Under the pieces are notes generated by a model. That model did not search any database. It was given only the letters and a program-made list of their open reading frames with translations, and was not told the DNA's origin. From Vulcanimicrobiota bacterium (GTDB lineage: Bacteria; Vulcanimicrobiota; Vulcanimicrobiia; Vulcanimicrobiales; Vulcanimicrobiaceae), in NCBI GenBank assembly GCA_963733295.1, contig CAVTCS010000003.1:224001-288000 (forward strand): a DNA stretch of 64,000 bases. Reading direction: 5' to 3'. Shown in pieces: positions 57,867 to 64,000 of the stretch. The number at the start of each line of letters is the position of its first letter. The stretch's first letter is position 1. The position numbers and the translations under genes were made by a program.

Positions 57867-58763
57867 ATGAAGGTCGGCGAAGTCCTCCGCGTAGGACGCC
57901 CATGTTTCTCGTTCGAGTTCTTTCCTCCGAAAACTGATGCCGGGGTGGAGACGCTGCTGGAGACGATTCGCTCGCTGCGGATCCTCAATCCGGCTTTCGT
58001 TTCGGTAACCTACGGCGCCGGCGGTTCGACGCGCGCGCGGACCTTCGAGGTCGCCCGGCGCATCAAGTCGGAACTCGAGATCGAGGTGCTCGCGCACGTG
58101 ACCTGCGTCGGTAGCACTCGCGAAGAGCTGCGTGGCATATTTCGCGACTTTCGCGAGGCGGGAATCGAGAACGTCATGGCGCTGCGCGGCGACCCTCCGA
58201 AGGGTGAAGCGCGCTTCGAGGTCACGCCCGGGGGGTTACGCTACGCCTCCGAGTTGATCGAGATGCTCGCGAGCGAGTTCGAATTCGACATCGGCGGTGC
58301 GGCCTATCCGGAGGTTCATCCGGAGGCGGAAAGTGCACAGAGCGACCTCGACGCCGCCCGGCGGAAAGTGCGCGCCGGTGCGACCTTCCTTACGACGCAG
58401 ATGTTTTTCGACAACGAGGCTTACTTCAGTTTCGTGCAGCGGGCGCGCGCGGCCGGGATCGAAGTGCCGATCGTGGCGGGCCTCATGCCGATCACGAACT
58501 ACGATCAGATCGCGCGCTTTACGAAGATGTGTGGGACGCGCATCCCGCAAACGCTCCTCGCCGAACTCGAAGCGCGCTCCGAAGAGCCGGACGCCGTCGA
58601 AGCTCTCGGCGTCGCATACTGCGCGCTGCAGTGCGTCGAGCTGCTCTCCCGCGGCGTTCCCGGCATCCACTTCTACACGCTGAACAAGTCGCCGGCAACG
58701 CGCGCGGTGGTCTCGGCCTTGATCGCATCGCGCACGAGTAACGCGCTGCTCGCACCGACGTAA
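57867..58763 (+). CDS. metF: 5,10-methylenetetrahydrofolate reductase
   Basis: FSFEFFPPK, VSVTYGAGGS, ALRGDPP, AYPEVHPE, TQMFFDN, GIHFYTLN; GGAGG RBS. Confidence 0.96.
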   Translation: MKVGEVLRVGRPCFSFEFFPPKTDAGVETLLETIRSLRILNPAFVSVTYGAGGSTRARTFEVARRIKSELEIEVLAHVTCVGSTREELRGIFRDFREAGIENVMALRGDPPKGEARFEVTPGGLRYASELIEMLASEFEFDIGGAAYPEVHPEAESAQSDLDAARRKVRAGATFLTTQMFFDNEAYFSFVQRARAAGIEVPIVAGLMPITNYDQIARFTKMCGTRIPQTLLAELEARSEEPDAVEALGVAYCALQCVELLSRGVPGIHFYTLNKSPATRAVVSALIASRTSNALLAPT

Positions 58764-58786
58764 CAGCTTCGGCGTACGATCCCGGC

Positions 58787-59056
58787 GTGGATGCGCTGGA
58801 ATCGATCGTGCGCGAAGCGCTGCTGCTCGCGGCAGTTCTTTGTTTCCCGGTGCTGATCGTCGCGACCGCGATCGGGACGTTGGTCGCGGTGTTGCAGGCG
58901 GCCACGCAAGTTCAAGAGCAAACTTTGACCCTTCTGCCGAAGATGCTCGCGGTCGGCGCCGTCGTCGCGCTCTTCGGCCGCTTCGCCCTTGGCGCGTGCG
59001 CGGCGCTCTTCGTCGACGCGATAAACCGGTTGCCTTCGATCGTTCGCGGACTCTGA
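58787..59056 (+). CDS. fliQ: FliQ export gate protein
   Basis: VAVLQAATQVQEQTLTLLPK. Confidence 0.93.
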   Translation: MDALESIVREALLLAAVLCFPVLIVATAIGTLVAVLQAATQVQEQTLTLLPKMLAVGAVVALFGRFALGACAALFVDAINRLPSIVRGL

Positions 59057-59060
59057 GCGC

Positions 59061-59777
59061 GTGAATGGCGCTGGCGCGCTCGTCTTCGCGCGCTGCCTCG
59101 GTTTCGTGTTCCGAGCGCCGGGCTTCTCGCATCCCGCCGTTCCGCCGCCGCTCCGCGCCGGATTCGCCTACGTGCTCGCGCTGGCGCTCGGCGCACCCTA
59201 TGCGCGACACGCGGTTTCGCCGGCGCAGCTGACCTACGGCGTCGTTACGGAATTCGCACTCGGCGCGGCGATCGGCACGGCCGCCTCGATGCTCTACGAC
59301 GGCGCCTACTCCGGCGGACGCGCGCTCGACGATTACGTCGGCATCCACGCGAGCGTTCCAACGGCCAGCGTTGCGGCCGGCGCGGGCTTCGGGCGTCTGT
59401 GGTCGCTGGCGTTCACGGCCGCGTTCTTCGCGTTCGGTGGCGATCGCGTCGCGCTCACCGGGTTTGCAGAAACGCTGCAGGCGCTTCCGCCGGGAGCGCT
59501 CGTTCAGTCGCGCGAGCTCGCGACCTTCGCGTTGACGTTGCCCGCGACGCTGCTCCGTGCGGCGCTCTTCGTCGCCGGTCCCGCGCTCGCGTTTGCGCTC
59601 GTCGTGCAAGTCGGGTTGGCAGCTGCGTCCCGAGTCGTGCCGCGACTCTCGACGTTCACGCTCGCTTTCCCACTCGTTTTCGCGGCCGTGCTGGTCGCGA
59701 CGCTGGCCGCGATTCCGCTGGTGTTGCCGGCGGCCGCATCTCCCTGGTGGGATCTCTCCGCATTCTCGGCGCGCTGA
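59061..59777 (+). CDS. fliR: FliR export gate protein
   Basis: FARCLGFVFRAPGFSHPAVP..R, EFALGAAIG, SRVVPRLSTFTLAFP; lies between fliQ and flhB. Confidence 0.85.
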   Translation: MNGAGALVFARCLGFVFRAPGFSHPAVPPPLRAGFAYVLALALGAPYARHAVSPAQLTYGVVTEFALGAAIGTAASMLYDGAYSGGRALDDYVGIHASVPTASVAAGAGFGRLWSLAFTAAFFAFGGDRVALTGFAETLQALPPGALVQSRELATFALTLPATLLRAALFVAGPALAFALVVQVGLAAASRVVPRLSTFTLAFPLVFAAVLVATLAAIPLVLPAAASPWWDLSAFSAR

Positions 59778-59815
59778 CGCTCCTTGGTCTGAGCCGCTAA
59801 AGTGCGCTGTCACTA

Positions 59816-60823
59816 ATGGCCGAAACGAAACCGTTCGAAGCGACTGCGTCGCGGCTCGAACGCGCGCGGCGGGAAGGCGACGTTCTGCGTTCGAGCGACC
59901 TCGCGGCGGTCGCGGCGCTGGGATCGGCGTTCGCCGTTTTGCCGCTCGTGCTCGAGCCGCTCGCCGCGGCGGCTCGCGTGGCGTTGTTCGCAGCCGCTCG
60001 CGGCGGACCGCCGCCCGCGCGCACGTACGCCGAGATGGCGGCGCTGGCGGCGTGCGTTCCGGCGGCGGCGATCGCCGGTGCAACGGTGGCGAACGTGCTG
60101 CCGGCGGGGGGTCTCAGCGTGCGGTTTCCGGCGCCGAAGTTCGAGCGACTCGATCCGCGCAGCGGTTTGCGCCGGTTGTTCTCGCCCGACGCGCTCGTTG
60201 CTGCGCTCAAAGCCTTCGTTGCCACGACGGCGCTCGCGCTCGCGTTGCTTCCGGTCGCATGGGAAGCGCTGGCCGGTGACGGCGCGACGGCGCCCGCGCG
60301 TTTGGCGGCTCAAACGTTCGGGGCGATCGAACGCAGCGTTGCCGTTGCGATCGCGGCCGGCTCGGCATTCGCATGGATCGACTTGTTGATCGAGCGAACG
60401 AAGCGGCGCCGGCGCCTGCGCATGTCGTTCGAAGAACTCAAGCGCGACCGCAAACAAAGCGAAGGCGATCCGGGTTTGCGTGGCCGCCGTCGCCAAGCGC
60501 ACCGCGCGCTGTCTGCGGGCTCGCTGCGCCGCTTGCCCGAAGCGGCGCTCGTCGTCGCAAACCCGTCGCACATCGCCGTCGCGCTCGCCTACCGGCCGCC
60601 GGAGATTCCGGTTCCGCGCGTTCTCATACGCGCCGCCGACGAAACGGCGCAGCTCGTCAAACGGCGGGCGCAGCAACTCGGGATTCCCTTGATCGAAGAC
60701 GTCGCGCTCGCCCGTTCGCTCTTCGCCAACACGCGACCCGGCGATTACATTCCGCGCGAGGCCTACGTTGCGGTCGCTACGATCGTGGCCGCGCTGTTGC
60801 GAAGCGGAGTAGTGCGCGCGTGA
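59816..60823 (+). CDS. flhB: FlhB/SctU export switch protein
   Basis: KPFEATASRLERARREGDV, LRMSFEELKRDRKQSEGDP, VVANPSHIAVAL, LARSLF. Confidence 0.93.
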   Translation: MAETKPFEATASRLERARREGDVLRSSDLAAVAALGSAFAVLPLVLEPLAAAARVALFAAARGGPPPARTYAEMAALAACVPAAAIAGATVANVLPAGGLSVRFPAPKFERLDPRSGLRRLFSPDALVAALKAFVATTALALALLPVAWEALAGDGATAPARLAAQTFGAIERSVAVAIAAGSAFAWIDLLIERTKRRRRLRMSFEELKRDRKQSEGDPGLRGRRRQAHRALSAGSLRRLPEAALVVANPSHIAVALAYRPPEIPVPRVLIRAADETAQLVKRRAQQLGIPLIEDVALARSLFANTRPGDYIPREAYVAVATIVAALLRSGVVRA

Positions 60824-62868
60824 GCCGGCGCGGTGCGACGTACGGTTTCGCGGCAATCGTGCTCGGCATCGTCGCCATTCTGGTCGTGCCGCTTCCGCCC
60901 GCCATGCTCGACGCGTTGCTCGCGTTCAATCTGATGGGCTCGGGAATCGTCCTGCTCACGAGTCTTTCGATCGGCGATCCGCTCGAATTCTCGGCCTTCG
61001 CGCCGGCACTCCTCATTGCGACGCTCTTCCGCCTGGCGCTCGACGTTTCCGCGACGCGTCTGATTCTAACCCAAGGTCACGTCGAGGGCGGAGTGGGAGC
61101 GTTGATTCCGGCCTTCGGACGGCTCGTCGTGCACGGCAACCTCATCGTCGGGCTGATCGTTTTCGCAATCTTGATCACGATTCAGTTCGTCGTCATCGCA
61201 GCGGGTTCGCAGCGCGTCGCCGAGGTCGCGGCGCGCTTCACGCTCGACGCGATGCCCGGCAAGCAAATGGCGATCGACGCCGACGTGCACGCCGGCGCGC
61301 TCGACGCGGAAGGTGCGCGTCGCAAACGCGCCCTCGTGCAGAAGGAGGCGGACTTCTACGGCGCGATGGACGGTGCGGGGAAATTCGTGAAGGGCGATGC
61401 GATCGCGGCGCTGGTGATCGTCATCCTTAACTTGGCTGGAGGCGTCGCGGTCGGAACGCTGTATCACGGCATGCCGCCGCTCGAAGCGCTCGACACGTTC
61501 GCCATCCTTTCGATCGGCAACGCGCTGATCACAACGCTCCCGGCGTTCCTGCTTTCGACGGCGATGGGTCTGATGGTGACGCGCGTGGGCGGCGACGGAT
61601 CGCTCGGTCTCGACCTGGCGACGCAACTTTCGGCACGTCCCGAGGTGCTGCGGGCGGCCGCGACGTTCGCCGCGGCACTCGCTTTCGTCCCGGTGTTGCC
61701 GCAACTGCTCTTCGGAACGATCGCCGCCGGGCTCTTCGGCATCGCAGCGCTCGCGCGACGCGCTCAAAACTCGCGCTCGGAAGAAGAGCGAGCGGCGCAT
61801 GAGGCGGCGCGCCGGGCGGCGATCCGCCGTCCCGAGATGGCGCTCGGCTTGATCGGCGTCGATGCGCTTTCAATCGACTTCGGTGGAGAACTCGGTCCGC
61901 TGCTGGCCCCGCCGCTTGCCGAGCAGCTGCTCGACCGGATCGGCGAAGTGCGCCGCGCTTTGGCGAGTGAGATCGGCATCGTGTTGCCCGGAGTTCGTCT
62001 GCGCGACGATCTGGTGCGCGACCCGAAGACGTATGCGGTTCGCGTGCGCGACGCGCTGGCGGGCGAGGGCAGCTTACGGCTCGATGCTTTGCTGGCGGTC
62101 GCCGATGAAGCGATTCTCGGCGGACTTTCCGGCGAACTGACGCGCGAGCCGGTCTACGGGATGCCGGCCCTCTGGATACCGGTGGCGGCGCGTGAGGGAG
62201 CGATGCTCGCGGGCGCGCTCGTGTTCGATCCGATCTCGATCGTCGGATCGCATTTGGCCGAGGTCGCGCGTTCGCATGCGAGCGAACTCGTCGGACGCCA
62301 AGAACTGCATACGATCTTCGAGCATCTGCGCGCCGGCGCGCCGTCGCTCGTAAAGGAGATCGGAAACGACGGGGTGCCGCTCGCCACCGTGCAACGCGTC
62401 TTCGAAGCGCTCTTGCGCGAACGGGTCTGGCCGCGCGATACGATTGCGACGCTCGAAGCGTTGATCGATGCGGCCGCGACCACGCACGATCATCGCGAAT
62501 TAGCCGAAGCCGTGCGGCGAGCGATCGTGCCGGGACACTTGCGCCGAACCGGAAAGAGCCGGCTCGAACCGCTCATCCTGTCGCCCGAGTTCGAGACCGA
62601 GCTGCAAAGCTGGCTGGGCGACGGCTCGCTCGCACCCCGCCCCGAGATCGCACTCCACCTGCGCGCGACCGTCGGCGCTTACGTGGCTCGTATTCCGCGG
62701 GAGCGAGCGGCGTTCGTGTGCACGGCCGCCTTGCGCTCGGCGCTGTCGGAGTTCTTGCGGCGCTTCGGCTTTCGTCTCGACGTGTTCGCGTACGGCGAAC
62801 TTCCACCCGAACTCGAGCTCGTGCCCGCCGCGATCCTCGAGCGACCGGCCGCCGCGGCGCTACGCTAG
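60820..62868 (+). CDS. flhA: FlhA/SctV export gate ring protein
   Basis: LFRLALDVSATRLIL, RVAEVAARFTLDAMPGKQMAIDAD, FYGAMDGAGKFVKGDAIA. Confidence 0.96.
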   Translation: MSRRGATYGFAAIVLGIVAILVVPLPPAMLDALLAFNLMGSGIVLLTSLSIGDPLEFSAFAPALLIATLFRLALDVSATRLILTQGHVEGGVGALIPAFGRLVVHGNLIVGLIVFAILITIQFVVIAAGSQRVAEVAARFTLDAMPGKQMAIDADVHAGALDAEGARRKRALVQKEADFYGAMDGAGKFVKGDAIAALVIVILNLAGGVAVGTLYHGMPPLEALDTFAILSIGNALITTLPAFLLSTAMGLMVTRVGGDGSLGLDLATQLSARPEVLRAAATFAAALAFVPVLPQLLFGTIAAGLFGIAALARRAQNSRSEEERAAHEAARRAAIRRPEMALGLIGVDALSIDFGGELGPLLAPPLAEQLLDRIGEVRRALASEIGIVLPGVRLRDDLVRDPKTYAVRVRDALAGEGSLRLDALLAVADEAILGGLSGELTREPVYGMPALWIPVAAREGAMLAGALVFDPISIVGSHLAEVARSHASELVGRQELHTIFEHLRAGAPSLVKEIGNDGVPLATVQRVFEALLRERVWPRDTIATLEALIDAAATTHDHRELAEAVRRAIVPGHLRRTGKSRLEPLILSPEFETELQSWLGDGSLAPRPEIALHLRATVGAYVARIPRERAAFVCTAALRSALSEFLRRFGFRLDVFAYGELPPELELVPAAILERPAAAALR

Positions 62869-63281
62869 TTTAGGCTGCAATGCGCGCAGCGGCCAACGAT
62901 CGTGAGCGCGTAGTCGATTCCGGTAAAGCCCGCATCCCTCGCGATGTCGTGCGCGATCTGCGAAAGGCTCGCGGCTTGAACGTTCGTCAACTCGCGGCAT
63001 TCGCTGCACAGGAGGTGGTGATGTTTCTCGAGGGCCGCCTCGTAACGCGCGGCGCTCCCTCCGTACGAGAAGACTTGCACCAAGCCGATCTCGCGCAGTA
63101 TATCAAGCGTGCGGTAGATCGTACCGAGGCTGACGCCGGAGAGTTCGCCCCGCACGCGCTCGAGGATGGTTTCTGCCGAGAGGTGCGCGCCGTCGCCGAG
63201 CGCGCGCAAGATCGCTGCGCGCTGTTTCGTAAGACGGTAGCGCGATTGTAGTAGCCCGGCGTCCACGGTCTTGAGATCCAT
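62865..63281 (-). CDS. Fur-family transcriptional regulator
   Basis: RLTKQRAAIL, HLSAE, SLGTIYRTL, HHHLLCSEC, GRCAHC. Confidence 0.92.
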   Translation of the reverse strand: MDLKTVDAGLLQSRYRLTKQRAAILRALGDGAHLSAETILERVRGELSGVSLGTIYRTLDILREIGLVQVFSYGGSAARYEAALEKHHHLLCSECRELTNVQAASLSQIAHDIARDAGFTGIDYALTIVGRCAHCSLN

Positions 63282-63336
63282 GCCCGACGGCTCTCCCCTG
63301 CGGCGGAATCGCCCGCGAAATGCGCCGCGAAGTCGT

Positions 63337-63365
63337 TTGACTGGGTGGTTCGAGCCTGCTACAAT
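63337..63365 (+). promoter_or_regulatory. Sigma70 promoter of secD
   Basis: TTGACT-N17-TACAAT with a TG extension. Confidence 0.75.
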
Positions 63366-63403
63366 ACGCGGGTTCTCCCCTTCCTGGGGCTTTATTTTCA
63401 TCT

Positions 63404-64000
63404 ATGTGGCGAAAACTTCAACCCTGGCTGAAGGGCCTATCGGTGCTCGGCATCGTGGTCCTGTGCCTGTTTCTGATCCTCCCCATCCAGAGCAAGATTA
63501 AGCTCGGACTCGACCTGCAAGGCGGCGTTCGGGTCCTTCTCGAGCTTCGTCCATCGCCTGAGGTTCCCGAGGTCACGAAGCAAATCCAGGCGCAGGTCGA
63601 TCAGGTCATTCAGAGCCGTATCAACGGACTCGGCGTCGCCGAGCCGGTGATCACGCCGGTCGGCTCCAATCGCCTCTTGGTCGAGTTGCCGAACGTGAAG
63701 GATCCGGACGAGGCCGTCAGGACACTCAAGGAAGTAGCGAAACTCGATTTCAAGATCGTTCCCGAAGCGGTGAACGAGCGCGCGTTGCGCGACAAGAAGT
63801 ATGCGGACGATCCGAACGGCGCGTACAAAGACTCGGGTCCGATCGTGTACTCCGGCGCCGATCTCAAGGGCGCCCAGGCGGCGTTCGATCAGTCGAACAA
63901 TCCGAAGATCGACTTCCAGACCAAAGACGCCAAGAAGTTCGGCGAGCTTACCCAAACGAACATGGGAAAGCTGCTCGGCATCTTCCTCGATAAGAAGTAC
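63404..64000 (+). CDS. secD: Protein translocase subunit SecD (3' truncated by window)
   Basis: ATG 63404; TM then IKLGLDLQGG, RINGLGVAEP, VELP; absent from the ORF track because it runs off the end. Confidence 0.92.
   Translation, partial: MWRKLQPWLKGLSVLGIVVLCLFLILPIQSKIKLGLDLQGGVRVLLELRPSPEVPEVTKQIQAQVDQVIQSRINGLGVAEPVITPVGSNRLLVELPNVKDPDEAVRTLKEVAKLDFKIVPEAVNERALRDKKYADDPNGAYKDSGPIVYSGADLKGAQAAFDQSNNPKIDFQTKDAKKFGELTQTNMGKLLGIFLDKKY

Noticed and set aside
59798..59826. Sigma28-like TAAAG..GCCGAAAC before flhB
   Set aside because: The -10 element lies inside the flhB coding start and the spacing is off
48861..62868. Classical injectisome (non-flagellar T3SS)
   Set aside because: Contains flagellum-specific flgC, fliE and rod homologues and lacks secretin, needle, SctD and translocon genes

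Overview
High-GC bacterial chromosome segment, almost all coded on the + strand. A Firmicutes-type LexA box with a lexA/yneA pair, Firmicutes-like flagellar gene order and an outer-membrane TonB-type receptor point to a diderm Terrabacteria lineage, possibly Eremiobacterota (inference only). The first 46 kb is mostly housekeeping and metabolism: kamDE, dacB, gmd/rmd, larC/larE, thiolase-hbd-acyl-CoA dehydrogenase-sucCD, a TonB-type receptor plus lipoprotein, lexA/yneA, panC (frameshifted)-coaBC-coaX-dusB, an aminotransferase/SRPBCC/acyl-ACP-reductase-like module, two APC permeases, greA-lysS-truA, an IS remnant, rplM-rpsI and a class III cyclase. The main finding is at 46.6-62.9 kb: a miniaturised, flagellum-derived type III export cluster in fla/che operon order. 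It has mini-flgB, flgC, fliE, a FliF fused to only the FliG middle domain, short fliH, fliI, a lytic transglycosylase, an inserted twin aspartyl protease, mini-fliK, one flgE/F/G-like gene, fliM-like, fliN, fliP, an inserted metF, fliQ, fliR, flhB and flhA. No FliG torque domain, CheY-binding motif, stator, hook-cap or filament gene is visible in the window, so it looks like a non-rotary export machine. Also notable are a candidate minus-strand structured ncRNA (21.8-22.0 kb) and a putative fatty-amine biosynthesis module. All calls come from motif recognition by eye; no searches were run.
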